Of a stretch of DNA of 64,000 bases, positions 52,804 to 62,703 are shown one piece after another (position 1 is the first letter of the stretch; the number at the start of each line of letters is the position of its first letter). Under the pieces are notes generated by a model. That model did not search any database, had not been told where the DNA came from, and saw only the letters and a program-made list of their open reading frames with translations. A program made the position numbers and the translations under genes. The stretch is from an uncultured beta proteobacterium (GTDB lineage: Bacteria > Pseudomonadota > Gammaproteobacteria > Burkholderiales > Burkholderiaceae_D): assembly GCA_963707665.1 (NCBI GenBank), contig CAVPQU010000020.1, positions 7,615-71,614 on the forward strand, in the 5' to 3' direction.

Positions 52804-52823
52804 ATCCCCGCCTGCGCGGGGAT
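52804..52823. repeat. REP-like palindrome
   Basis: ATCCCCGC-ctgc-GCGGGGAT. The antisense translation gives the familiar pseudo-peptide VIPAQAGIQ seen at REP copies in many proteobacteria. Confidence 0.8.
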
Positions 52824-52908
52824 GACAAACGAAGTTTGAAAGCGACCGCGCAATACGACAATTTCCATAGCCTCATTTTCAAAAACACTTGAACCGCTCC
52901 CCACCATC

Positions 52909-54156
52909 ATGGCCGAATTTCTCGACGCACTCGAAACCCGCGACCCGCATGTGCGCGAACGCGAGCTGATGGCACAGTTGCCGCAACTGCTGGCGCGCGC
53001 GCAGGGTGCGCCGGGATGGGCGCAGATCCTGGCCGGCGTGAATGCCGCGCAGATCGATACGCGCGCGGCGCTGGCGCAATTGCCGGTGACCCGCAAATCC
53101 GATCTGAAGGATTTGCAGCACGCCGCGATGCCGTTCGGCGGCCTGACTTCCACGCCGCCGCGCCAGCTCGGGCGCTGGTTCATGTCACCGGGACCGATCT
53201 TCGATCCGGAAGGACGCGGCGCCGACTGGTGGCGCTATGCGCGGCCGTTTTACGCGGTCGGGCTGCGCGCCGGCCACGTGATCCAGAACTGCTTTTCGTA
53301 TCACTTCACGCCGGCCGCCTTCATGGTCGAGGGTGGCGCGATGAAGCTCGGCTGTGCGGTGATTCCGGCCGGCAGCGGCCAGACCGAGATGCAGGTGCAG
53401 GCGATGGCGGCCTTGAAGCCAGACGCCTACGTCGGCACGCCGTCGTTCCTGAAGATCATCGTCGAAAAGGCGCACGAGATGGGAGCCGACATCAGCAGCC
53501 TGCGGCATGCGATCGTCGGCGCCGAAGCGCTGCCGCCGTCGCTGCGCGGCTGGCTGCAGCAACACGGCGTGCCGCACGTGGTGCAGACCTACGGTTCGGC
53601 CGACATCGGCAACATTGCGTATGAAACCGAAACCGGTGGCGCGGTCAATCCGGGGATGATCCTCGACGAAGAACTGATCCTGGAAATCGTCCGCCCCGGC
53701 ACCGGCGACCCGGTCGCGGCCGGCGAAGTCGGCGAGGTCGTGATCACTTCCTTCAATCCGGATTACCCGCTGATCCGCTTCGCTACCGGTGACTTGTCGG
53801 CCTTGCTGGAAGGGGGTTCGCCCTGCGGCCGCACCAATGTCCGGATCAAGGGCTGGATGGGACGCGCCGACCAGACCACCAAGGTGCGCGCGATGTTCGT
53901 CCATCCGTCGCAGGTGGCCGAGATCGCGCGCCGCCATCCCGAAATTCTGAAGGCGCGGCTGGTCATCAGCGGCGCCATGGGCAATGACGTGATGACGCTG
54001 CAATGCGAGGTGGAAGATCCGGCGGCGCCGTTATCCGCACCGATCGTCGATACCATCCGCGACGTCACCAAGCTGCGCGGCGAAGTGCGGCTGGTGGCAC
54101 GCGGTGTTTTGCCGAATGACGGCAAGGTGATCGAGGATGCGCGCACCTATGAATGA
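52909..54156 (+). CDS. Phenylacetate-CoA ligase (PaaK-like) family adenylate-forming enzyme
   Basis: 415 aa. N-terminal ...LAQLPVTRKSDLKDLQ and overall similarity to PaaK/F390-synthetase-like proteins that commonly close this ABC cluster (from memory). Confidence 0.7.
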   Translation: MAEFLDALETRDPHVRERELMAQLPQLLARAQGAPGWAQILAGVNAAQIDTRAALAQLPVTRKSDLKDLQHAAMPFGGLTSTPPRQLGRWFMSPGPIFDPEGRGADWWRYARPFYAVGLRAGHVIQNCFSYHFTPAAFMVEGGAMKLGCAVIPAGSGQTEMQVQAMAALKPDAYVGTPSFLKIIVEKAHEMGADISSLRHAIVGAEALPPSLRGWLQQHGVPHVVQTYGSADIGNIAYETETGGAVNPGMILDEELILEIVRPGTGDPVAAGEVGEVVITSFNPDYPLIRFATGDLSALLEGGSPCGRTNVRIKGWMGRADQTTKVRAMFVHPSQVAEIARRHPEILKARLVISGAMGNDVMTLQCEVEDPAAPLSAPIVDTIRDVTKLRGEVRLVARGVLPNDGKVIEDARTYE

Positions 54157-54344
54157 GCGGTAGCGGTTCGCCGGGTCGACGCTGGCCGCCCGTGCAAGGG
54201 TAGCCACCAGGGTTGGCATGGTATCGTCTTGACTGTCATTTCACGCGATGGCCGCTTGTTGCGCTGATCCGGGATACCCGCGCCTTGCGGTAAGCCGCGG
54301 TGGAATGCCCGCGGATGCACACAAGCCTGGACAGGAGAACAGCC

Positions 54345-55136
54345 ATGACCAAACTGACCGTCTATCACATTCCGGTGTGCCCATTCTGCCAGCGCCTGGA
54401 AATCCTGCTGACGTTGAAGGGCCGGCGCGGCGACGTCGATTTTCAGGTGATCGACATCACGCAGCCGCGCCCTGATTGGCTGCTGCAAAAGACCCGCGGC
54501 AGCACCGCGCTGCCGGTGCTGGAGACTACCGACGGCCGCATTCTGAAGGAAAGCCTGGTTATCCTGCAGTATCTGGAACAGCTATTTCCGCAGCTGCCGG
54601 TGGCCCAGGCCGACCCTTATCGGCGCGCGGTCGAAAACATGCTATGTACGCTGGAGCGGGAGTTCGGCATGCAGGGCTATCAGTACGTGATGAACCGGGA
54701 CATAAGCCGCCGCGATGCGCTGCGTGTAGCGATGCTGGCGCAGTACGCGCGACTCGATAGTTTCCTGCGGGAGCATGCGCCGGCGAAGGTTTTCCTGTTC
54801 GATTCTTTCGGTTGGGCCGAGACGGTGTTCACGCCGTTCTTCATGCGCTTCTGGTTTCTCGAATACTACGAAGAGTTCGTGCTGCCGGACGATCCGCACT
54901 ACGCTCGCGTGCGCACCTGGATCGAGGCCTGTGTTGCCCATCCAGCCGCACAGCAGGTGACGCGGGAAGAGATCGTCAAGCTGTATTACGACTATGCCCA
55001 AGGTATCGGCAACGGTGTGCTGCTACCCGGCCGCCGCAAGTCTTCGTTCGCGTTCAACCCGGCATGGCACAGCCGGCCATGGCCGCCGGCCGACAAGTAT
55101 CGCATCAGCGCCAGCGACGCCGACCTCGGGCTATAA
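54345..55136 (+). CDS. Glutathione S-transferase family protein (CPFC thioredoxin-like N-domain)
   Basis: MTKLTVYHIPVCPFCQRLEILL...LPVLETTDGRILKESLVILQYLE. Confidence 0.75.
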   Translation: MTKLTVYHIPVCPFCQRLEILLTLKGRRGDVDFQVIDITQPRPDWLLQKTRGSTALPVLETTDGRILKESLVILQYLEQLFPQLPVAQADPYRRAVENMLCTLEREFGMQGYQYVMNRDISRRDALRVAMLAQYARLDSFLREHAPAKVFLFDSFGWAETVFTPFFMRFWFLEYYEEFVLPDDPHYARVRTWIEACVAHPAAQQVTREEIVKLYYDYAQGIGNGVLLPGRRKSSFAFNPAWHSRPWPPADKYRISASDADLGL

Positions 55137-55150
55137 CGCAATCCCAGCTG

Positions 55151-55441
55151 TCACTGTTTATCCGGCTCGGGCGGCGCCGGCGTTCCCGCCTTGCTGCGCT
55201 CGCGCTCCGCATTAGCCTTCACCACTTCCTCCACGCCGCGCTCGCCGTGCATATCGGTGTCGACCAATCCATGCGTGATATCCCAATGCGCCTGCTGCAT
55301 GTCTTTGCGCGGACCACTGCTCTGACTATCGGCCGATTCATCGTGCTCGTGCGGCATGCGCGGCGCGGGCGTGCGACTGCCCGGCCGGGTGGTTTTGGTT
55401 CCATTCTTGGGTGCTGGATCCTTAGGTGCTGGATCGGCCAT
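55151..55441 (-). CDS. Hypothetical Pro/charged-rich protein
   Basis: AGGAGG RBS before ATG 55441. No family recognised. Confidence 0.45.
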   Translation of the reverse strand: MADPAPKDPAPKNGTKTTRPGSRTPAPRMPHEHDESADSQSSGPRKDMQQAHWDITHGLVDTDMHGERGVEEVVKANAERERSKAGTPAPPEPDKQ

Positions 55442-55536
55442 TAGGAATACCTCCTGCAAGACTTCCATCGGTCTCGGATAAGACCGCGTCAGGATTGGAG
55501 CCCCGGCATCCCCAAAGATTCCCGCCGCACGCCGGC

Positions 55537-55839
55537 TCAAGCGCCTTCGACGATGAACAGGCGGCCGATCGAGTTGGCCTGGCGCAAGCCCTTGGCCTTC
55601 GTATACTCGACCGAGTCATACCAGGCCTGAGCCTGCTCCAGCGACGAAAATTCGGTGATCACGGTGCGCCATTGCTCGTTATGACTATCGTCCGCGCCTT
55701 CCAGTTGGACGCGCCGGCCGCCACGCGCCAGGAAGCTGCCGCCATATTGCGCCAGGCTGGCGGTCGAGAGCGGCACGTAATTGGCATAGCCATTCGGATC
55801 GGTTACCTGGATTTCGGCTACGACGTAAGCTTTTTTCAT
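55537..55839 (-). CDS. DUF1330 domain protein
   Basis: MKKAYVVAEIQVTDPNGYANY...EFSSLEQAQAWYDSVEY. AAGGAG RBS. Confidence 0.8.
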   Translation of the reverse strand: MKKAYVVAEIQVTDPNGYANYVPLSTASLAQYGGSFLARGGRRVQLEGADDSHNEQWRTVITEFSSLEQAQAWYDSVEYTKAKGLRQANSIGRLFIVEGA

Positions 55840-55895
55840 CGGAACTCCTTTGGTTAACAGCGGGGAAAAGGACTGATCCATTTCAATGCGGGTCC

Positions 55896-56813
55896 TTAGG
55901 GCAGCCATTGCATCTCCGGCGAATTACCCATCAGGAACGCCCGGTTCGGTTCGATCGCCTCGCGCAGGTAACTCCACAACGCCGACACCCGCGCCACATG
56001 CCGGTGTTCACTGGCGGCCACCAGCCAGAACGAGCGCAGGATCCGCACCTGCTCATCCAGCACCGGCACCAGGTCGCGGCTTTGCTGGGCCAGGAAACAC
56101 GGCAGGATCGCCAGCGCCTGGCCGTTGCGCGCCGCCGTGTATTGCGCGATGACGCTGGTGCTGCGAAAACAGCGGAACGCGCCCGGCGCGATATTTTCCT
56201 CGTAGCGCAGCTTCGGGCTGAAGATCAGATCATCGACATAGCCGATCAGCGGATGCTGCGCCAGGTCCTGCTTGTCGCGGATTGGCGCATGCGTCGCCAG
56301 ATAGCCCGGCGTCGCATACAGTTTCAGCAGGTAGTCGGAGAGCTTGGCCACCACGTAGTTGCCGGTGGAAGGCCGTTCCAGCGTGACGACGACGTCGGCT
56401 TCGCGCTTGGATAAATTGACAAAGCGCGGCATCGGCAGCAGATCGACCGTGATGTGCGGATGGCGCTGGCAGAAATGCGCCAGATGCGGCGCCAGCACGA
56501 AGGTACCGAAAGCCTCGGTGGCGCCCAGCCGCACCTGGCCCGACAGCAAGCGGTTCTGGCCGCTCAATTCCTCGGTGGCGGCGTACACGGTGCTTTCGAC
56601 CTTTTCCGCATACGCCAGCAATCGATGGCCTTCCGGTGTCAGCACATAACCCTGGTTGTTGCGCTCGAACAGCTCGGTGCCGACCTGCTGCTCGAAGCGG
56701 CGCATGCGGCGCGATACCGTCGAGTGGTCGATGCCGAGCTTCTTGGCGGCATCCACCAGCCGTTCGCTGCGCGTCAGTTCCAGAAAAACCCGCAAATTAT
56801 CCCAATCCAGCAT
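55896..56813 (-). CDS. LysR family transcriptional regulator
   Basis: MLDWDNLRVFLELTRSERLVDAAKKLGIDHSTVSRRMRRFEQ HTH. Divergent from the SBP-mmsA-mmsB genes. Confidence 0.9.
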   Translation of the reverse strand: MLDWDNLRVFLELTRSERLVDAAKKLGIDHSTVSRRMRRFEQQVGTELFERNNQGYVLTPEGHRLLAYAEKVESTVYAATEELSGQNRLLSGQVRLGATEAFGTFVLAPHLAHFCQRHPHITVDLLPMPRFVNLSKREADVVVTLERPSTGNYVVAKLSDYLLKLYATPGYLATHAPIRDKQDLAQHPLIGYVDDLIFSPKLRYEENIAPGAFRCFRSTSVIAQYTAARNGQALAILPCFLAQQSRDLVPVLDEQVRILRSFWLVAASEHRHVARVSALWSYLREAIEPNRAFLMGNSPEMQWLP

Positions 56814-56848
56814 GGGTGTTTCCTTGTGCAGAAATGCAAATGGCATTG

Positions 56849-56879
56849 GCATTATTGCCTATTGAGGCGGCAATAATGC
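56849..56879. promoter_or_regulatory. Probable LysR-type operator (perfect inverted repeat) in the divergent promoter region
   Basis: GCATTATTGCC-tattgaggc-GGCAATAATGC. A TATACT -10-like hexamer lies at 56885-56890. Confidence 0.6.
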
Positions 56880-56926
56880 CCAACTATACTGGAATCCATA
56901 AAATCTTTACAACAACGGAGGAGATC

Positions 56927-58144
56927 ATGGGCACCAAAGCAGTGTTGCGTACCGCCTTGCTGGCGGCTTTGTCAGTATGGGGCGCCAGCGCCGGCGCGCA
57001 GATATCCAATGACGTCGTCAAGATCGGCATCCTGACCGACATGTCGGGGCCGTATTCCGGCATGGGTGGTGTGGGTTCGGTGGTGGCCGCCAAGATGGCG
57101 GTCGAGGATTGCCTGAAAGCCGAATGCAAGGGCATGAAAATCGACGTGCTGTCGGCCGACCACCAGAACAAGGCCGATCTGGGCGCGACCAAGGCGCGCG
57201 AATGGATCGACACCGAGCATGTGGATGCGATCGCCGACCTGACCAATTCGTCGGTCGCGCTGGCGGTGCAGAAGCTGGCCAAGGAAAAAGGCGTGGTGGC
57301 GATGTTCAGCGGCCCCGCCACCACCAAACTGACCACCGAAGAATGCTCGCCGGTCGGCTTCCACTGGATGTTCGATACCTATTCGCAGGCGGTCGGCACC
57401 GCTGCGGCACTGACCAAGCTGGGCAATAAATCCTGGTATTTCCTGACCGTCGATTATGCCTTTGGCCACTCGCTGGAAAAGGATGCCGGCGATGTCGTCA
57501 AGGATCTGGGCGGCAGCATCAGTGGCGCGGTGCGCCATCCGTTGAATGCCAGCGATCTGTCCTCGTTCCTGATCCAGGCAAAGAATTCCAAGGCGCAGGT
57601 ATTGGGGCTGGCCAATGGCGGCCAGGACACGGTGAATTCGATCAAGCAGGCGCGCGAATTCGGGATTGGCGGCAAGGACGGGATGAAGATTGCCGCGTTG
57701 CTGGTCTTTCTGACCGACGTCCATGCGCTTGGCCTGGATACGGCCCAGGGCTTGATCTACGCCGATGGCTTCTATTGGGATTTCGATGATGGTGCGCGCA
57801 ACTTCGCGCGTCGTTTCGAAGCACTGCATAAAGGCAACAAGCCGACCATGGTGCAAGGCGGCGTGTATTCCAGCGTCTACCACTACCTGAAATCGGTGGC
57901 GGCGGCGAAAAGCGATGACGGCAAGGTGGTGGCGCAAAAAATGCGCGAGTTGCCGATCAAGGACCCGATCATGCACAACGCTTCGATCCGCGCCGATGGC
58001 CGCGTGATCCACGACATGTACCTGTATCAGGTCAAGACCCCGGCCGAATCGAAGGCGCCATGGGATTACCTGAAACTGCTGGCTACGATTCCGGCTCAAA
58101 CCGCTTTCAAGCCGATGGATAAAGCCTGTCCGCTGGTCAAGTAA
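56927..58144 (+). CDS. ABC transporter substrate-binding protein (branched-chain amino acid/amide type)
   Basis: Signal peptide MGTKAVLRTALLAALSVWGASAGAQ, then VKIGILTDMSGPYSGMGG. GGAGGAG RBS. Confidence 0.85.
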   Translation: MGTKAVLRTALLAALSVWGASAGAQISNDVVKIGILTDMSGPYSGMGGVGSVVAAKMAVEDCLKAECKGMKIDVLSADHQNKADLGATKAREWIDTEHVDAIADLTNSSVALAVQKLAKEKGVVAMFSGPATTKLTTEECSPVGFHWMFDTYSQAVGTAAALTKLGNKSWYFLTVDYAFGHSLEKDAGDVVKDLGGSISGAVRHPLNASDLSSFLIQAKNSKAQVLGLANGGQDTVNSIKQAREFGIGGKDGMKIAALLVFLTDVHALGLDTAQGLIYADGFYWDFDDGARNFARRFEALHKGNKPTMVQGGVYSSVYHYLKSVAAAKSDDGKVVAQKMRELPIKDPIMHNASIRADGRVIHDMYLYQVKTPAESKAPWDYLKLLATIPAQTAFKPMDKACPLVK

Positions 58145-58154
58145 CCCCCGTCGC

Positions 58155-58190
58155 TGGCACGCGCAACTTTGCGCGCGCCGGCGTTTTTTC
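58155..58190 (+). terminator. Probable rho-independent terminator/attenuator after the SBP gene
   Basis: GGCACGCGCA-actt-TGCGCGCGCC stem (one mismatch), followed by GGCGTTTTTT. Confidence 0.5.
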
Positions 58191-58219
58191 AATTTCGTTC
58201 ACTCATCTGGAGCAAAGTC

Positions 58220-59741
58220 ATGAATCAAGTTACCGCCAACGCCACAATCCGCGAAGTCCCGATGTTTATCGGCGGCAAGCGTGTGTCGTCCACCAGCAAG
58301 CAATGGCGGGACATCATCAACCCCGCCACTCAGGAAGTCGTGGCGCGCGTGCCGCTCTGCACCCAGGAAGAAATCGATCAAGCGGTGGCGAACGCGAAGG
58401 CAGCCTATGCAACGTGGCGCGAGACGCCGCTGGTGGCGCGCATGCGCATCATGCTGCAGTTCCAGCAGCTGCTGCGCGCCAACGTTGCCAAGATCGCCGA
58501 ACTGGTCACGTTGGAACATGGCAAGACCCTGCCGGACGCGGAAGGCGAAGTCATGCGCGGCCTGGAAGTGGTCGAGCACGCCTGCTCGATCACCTCGTTG
58601 CAACTGGGTGAAATCGCCGAAAACGTCGCCAACGGGGTCGATGTGTACACCATCAACCAGCCGCTCGGGGTTGGCGCCGGCATTACCGCTTTCAACTTTC
58701 CGATCATGCTGCCGTGCTTCATGTTCCCGATCGCGGTTTCCTGCGGCAATACCTTCGTGCTGAAACCGTCCGAACAGGACCCGTCCTCCACCATGCTGCT
58801 GGTCGAACTGGCGCATCAAGCCGGCTTGCCGGACGGCGTGCTGAACGTGGTGCACGGCAGTGCCGAAGTGGTGGACCAGTTGTGCGATCACCCGGACATC
58901 AAGGCGGTCTCGTTCATCGGCTCGACCCATGTCGGCACCCACGTGTACCAGCGTGCCTCGGCCGCTGGCAAGCGTGCGCAGGCCATGATGGGTGCCAAGA
59001 ACCATTGCGTGATCATGGGTGACGCCAACAAGGGCCAGGCGATCAACCATTTGATCGGCTCCGCGTTCGGCGCCGCCGGCCAGCGCTGCATGGCCAACTC
59101 GATGCTGATCCTGGTCGGCAAGGCGCGCGAATGGCTGCCCGAAATCGTCGCCCGCTCCAAAGAACTGAAAGTGAATTCCGGCTTGCACCGCGATGCCGAC
59201 CTCGGGCCGCTGGTATCCAAAAGCCGCCAAGACCCGCGTCGAACGACTGATCGATACCGGCGTCGAGCAAGGCGCCAAGCTGGTGCTGGACGGCCGCAAC
59301 TACCAGGTCAAGGACGCACCGCACGGCAACTTCGTCGGCCCGACCATCTTTACCGGCGTCACCACCAAGATGGATATCTATTCGCAAGAAGTGTTCGGCC
59401 CGGTGCTGGGCGTGATCGAAGTCGAGACGCTGGATGAGGCGATCCAGACCATCAACAGCAATCCGAATGGCAACGGCACCGCGATCTTTACCTCGTCCGG
59501 CTGGGCCGCACGCAAGTTCCAGCACGAAATCGATGTCGGCCAGGTCGGCATCAACCTGCCGGTGCCGGTGCCGGTCGCGTTCTTCAGCTTTACCGGTTCG
59601 CGCGCCTCCAAGCTGGGCGACCTCGGCCCGAACGGCAAGCAGGCGGTGCAGTTCTGGACCCAGACCAAGACCGTCACCGCGCGCTGGTTCGAACCGGATG
59701 AAGCGCATGGCGCGGTCAACACCACCATTTCGATGAAATGA
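58220..59741 (+). pseudogene. mmsA: CoA-acylating methylmalonate-semialdehyde dehydrogenase, one frame disruption
   Basis: FNFPIM, VLKPSEQDP, catalytic GQRCMA. The frame changes at about 59219-59222 inside TCCAAAAGCC, from LGPLVSK to [19 protein letters not shown].... One extra A in the run would explain it. Confidence 0.85.
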
Positions 59742-59773
59742 CGAGCTGCCACCTTACCTACGGAGACGCATGA

Positions 59774-60673
59774 ATGAGTACGCCAAGCAACGCGGAAATC
59801 GCCTTCATCGGCCTTGGCCACATGGGCTTGCCGATGGCCCAGAATCTGGTCAAGGCCGGCTTTGCGGTCAGTGGCCATGACCTGGTGCCAGCCGCAGTGG
59901 AAAAACTGGTGGCGGCCGGCGGCAGTACCGGCGCCGACGCCATGGCGGCGGTGGCCCAGGCCAAGGTCGTGATCACGATGCTGCCGGCCAGCCGCCACGT
60001 CGAAGCCTTGTATCTGGGCGACCAGGGTATCCTGGCTCACGCCCGCCCTGGCACGCTGTTGATCGACTGCTCGACCATCGCGCCGGACAGCGCGCGCAAG
60101 GTGGCGGCCGCCGCCGCCGAACGCGGTTTCGAGATGCTGGATGCGCCGGTTTCCGGCGGCACTGCCGGCGCCGCCGCCGGCACGCTGACCTTCATGGTCG
60201 GCGGCAGCGACGCCAGTTTCGCCCGTGCCAAGTCGTATCTGGAGCGCATGGGCAAGGCGATCTTCCATGCCGGCGCTTCCGGCAGCGGGCAGACCGTCAA
60301 GGTCTGCAACAACATGCTGCTCGGAATCCAGATGATCGGCACCTGCGAAGCGATCCGGCTCGGCATCGCCAACGGCATGGACCCGAAGGTGCTGTCGGAA
60401 GTGATGAACAAGAGTTCCGGCCGCAACTGGGTGCTGGACGTGTATAACCCCTGCCCGGGCGTATCGGAAACGGCGCCGGCCAGCCGCGAGTATCAGGGCG
60501 GTTTTGGCGTCGATCTGATGCTGAAGGACCTTGGGACTCGCGGTTGAAAACGCCCAGGCGACCGGCACCACCGTCGCGCTGGGCGAACTGGCGCGCACGC
60601 TATACCAGCAGCACAGCGAATCGGGTGCCGGCGGGCTGGATTTCTCCAGCATCTTCCGCGCGCCAAAAGCTTA
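59774..60673 (+). pseudogene. mmsB: 3-hydroxyisobutyrate dehydrogenase, one frame disruption
   Basis: IAFIGLGHMGLPMAQNL. The frame changes at about 60536, from LMLKDLG to LAVENAQATGTTVALGELARTLYQQH...RAPKA* ending at 60673. An extra a in GGGACTC would explain it. Confidence 0.85.
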
Positions 60674-60959
60674 GTTTTTCTTCTGTTTCTCCCCACTGGC
60701 AGCCGGATCGTTGGCCGCCAACCCGCTGCCGACGCCGCCAGAGAGCGACGCGGCGGCAGGATTTTTTCCTCGCCTTTACCGGACCGAAATGGCAGTTACG
60801 GAGCGGCCCGCGGCCGTCGCCTGGTCTGTCCCATCGACAGGATGACTGCAGCGAGGATGCGGACTGCCGCCTCCATCTGTTCCATGCCGAAGCCGCCCAG
60901 CCGGTACCATGGAAGATGGCCGACAGCCCGCGGAATACACGGACGAGCAGGAGATTTTT

Positions 60960-61316
60960 ATGAGCGATACCAGCGGTGATTTCATTTTTACCTGCCACGC
61001 CGACCTGCCCTGGACGCCGTCCAAGTTCGCGCGCGGCGTCGAGGTGAAAAACCTCGGCAAGGCCAATGGACGAGCGATGCAGCTGGTCCGCTTCCGGCCC
61101 GGCGCCTCGTTCCCGGCGCACCTGCACACGGACGCCGAATTCCTGTTCGTGCTGGACGGCGAAGTGATCCAGAACGGCCGCCGCCTGCATGCCGGCTGCT
61201 CCACGGTCGCGCCCGCCGGCAGCCGGGACAAGGAATTTATCAGCCCATCGGGCGCCACCTTCCTGCTGGTCTATGCCTTGAGTACCAGCGAAGGATTCAC
61301 CGTCCAGACAGACTAG
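60960..61316 (+). CDS. Cupin domain protein (ChrR C-terminal-like)
   Basis: ...QLVRFRPGASFPAHLHTDAEFLFVLDGEV... is a cupin His motif. Confidence 0.65.
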   Translation: MSDTSGDFIFTCHADLPWTPSKFARGVEVKNLGKANGRAMQLVRFRPGASFPAHLHTDAEFLFVLDGEVIQNGRRLHAGCSTVAPAGSRDKEFISPSGATFLLVYALSTSEGFTVQTD

Positions 61317-61395
61317 CGCTCCGAAATTTTTGCCTGCCCGTTAAGCCTCGCAGATCGGCCGACATCGGCCTCCACTACCGAAAGATGTCCGCACC

Positions 61396-62013
61396 ATGTC
61401 CTTGTTCGCCTTCGCCATCGCCGCCGTCATCCTCGCCATCACCCCTGGCCCCGGCATTGCCTACGTCGTCGCCCGCACCGCCGCCGGCGGCCGCCCGGAA
61501 GGGCTGGCCTCGTGCTTCGGCACCGGCATCGGCGGCATGTTCCACGTCCTCGCGGCGGCGCTTGGCCTGTCGCTGATGGTCGCCCAGTCCGCCGCCGCCT
61601 TCAGCTTGGTAAAGTACCTCGGCGCCGCCTATCTGGTCTATCTGGGTATTCGTCTGCTACTGCGCCAGGATCGCGCGCTCGTGGCACCGCCAGTCGCTTC
61701 CCAAGGCGCCCGCCGCGCGCTGTTCGAAGGCATCGTCGTCGAAGCGCTGAACGTCAAGACCGCGCTGTTCTTCCTGGCGTTCCTGCCCCAGTTCGTCGCG
61801 CCGGACGCACCGCTGGTGCCGCAGCTGGCGCTGCTCGGAGGCATTTGCGTCGCGCTCAACACGCTGGTCGACGTCCTGGCTGTGTTCGCGGCGGATCGCC
61901 TGCTCAAGCCGAACGCCGCCCGCGCAGCGCGCGCCGGTCTGCTGACCAAGGCGTCGGGTGTGACCATGCTGGGGTTGGGGGCCTACTTGGCACTGGCGCG
62001 GCGGGAGGTTTGA
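61396..62013 (+). CDS. LysE/RhtB family amino-acid exporter
   Basis: MSLFAFAIAAVILAITPGPGIAYVVART..., about 6 TM helices. Confidence 0.85.
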   Translation: MSLFAFAIAAVILAITPGPGIAYVVARTAAGGRPEGLASCFGTGIGGMFHVLAAALGLSLMVAQSAAAFSLVKYLGAAYLVYLGIRLLLRQDRALVAPPVASQGARRALFEGIVVEALNVKTALFFLAFLPQFVAPDAPLVPQLALLGGICVALNTLVDVLAVFAADRLLKPNAARAARAGLLTKASGVTMLGLGAYLALARREV

Positions 62014-62306
62014 GCCGGCGTTGCGACGGAGTTGCGAAAGCGAGCAGGGAACTCGAACGTTGGTAGACTTCACTCGGTGTAACCGCAAAAGATATACAGG
62101 CGAATCATGCAGAACTAGGGCTTTCATGTTCAATAGTGAGACGGATGTGTTGGCTCATATTGGCGCGCGGCGCAGTTCGTCCAAAAACGGACATCAAACA
62201 TTGCACCACATTGCAGTCGTACAGTGTCTGTGATGTATCCTATTCGAGCAACGATAAGCAGTACGCAGCTCGTTCCGAAAGAAGCGTTTGACCTTTACGG
62301 TTCTCC

Positions 62307-62442
62307 GCCTAACTAGAAGGGAACAATATGCCGGCCATCGGTCGGAACTACTATAGGGAGAGCCATCGGGCCTGTCGTGTTCCGCGCCTATGGGACAGTT
62401 CCAAGGGTAGATGAAAATTTTGTCGTCTACTTCTAGTTGGGC
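62307..62442. repeat. 13-bp inverted repeat (1 mismatch) flanking a 110-bp segment upstream of the low-GC operon
   Basis: GCCTAACTAGAAG at 62307-62319 and CTTCTAGTTGGGC at 62430-62442. Confidence 0.8.
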
Positions 62443-62490
62443 GTACAGATAAAGTTCGAATGACGGATTTTAGAGTCAGGAGGGATTTAG

Positions 62491-62703
62491 ATGGAAGCAA
62501 TGTCGAATTGGATTATTTACAACAAAGAATGGTTGTTCTCAGGTGGCGGTATTGTGCTCGTCGCTTGGGTAGGGCGAATCCTTTTCAAGAGAATGCAGGC
62601 CTCGTCTACGCAGACTATCCGGTCGGGTGATAGCTCAAACAATGTTCAGGCAGGTCGCGACGCCTATATCGGAATTAAGAAAAAGAGCAACGATGTGGAA
62701 TAA
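62491..62703 (+). CDS. Small single-pass membrane protein (hypothetical), low-GC island
   Basis: AGGAGGG RBS. One TM helix (WLFSGGGIVLVAWVGRILF). C-terminal QTIRSGDSSNNVQAGRDAYIG motif. The stop overlaps the next ORF by 11 nt. Confidence 0.6.
   Translation: MEAMSNWIIYNKEWLFSGGGIVLVAWVGRILFKRMQASSTQTIRSGDSSNNVQAGRDAYIGIKKKSNDVE

Noticed and set aside
62350-62361. ACTATAGGGAGA, a 12/12 match to the initiation core of the T7 class III promoter, inside the IR-flanked segment.
   Set aside because: The upstream specificity region (-17 to -8) matches T7 at only about 3 of 11 positions, and no phage-type RNA polymerase gene or phage gene is present in the window. A chance 12-mer hit is unlikely (expectation of order 0.01) but not impossible in AT-richer DNA. 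I noted it but did not call it a promoter.
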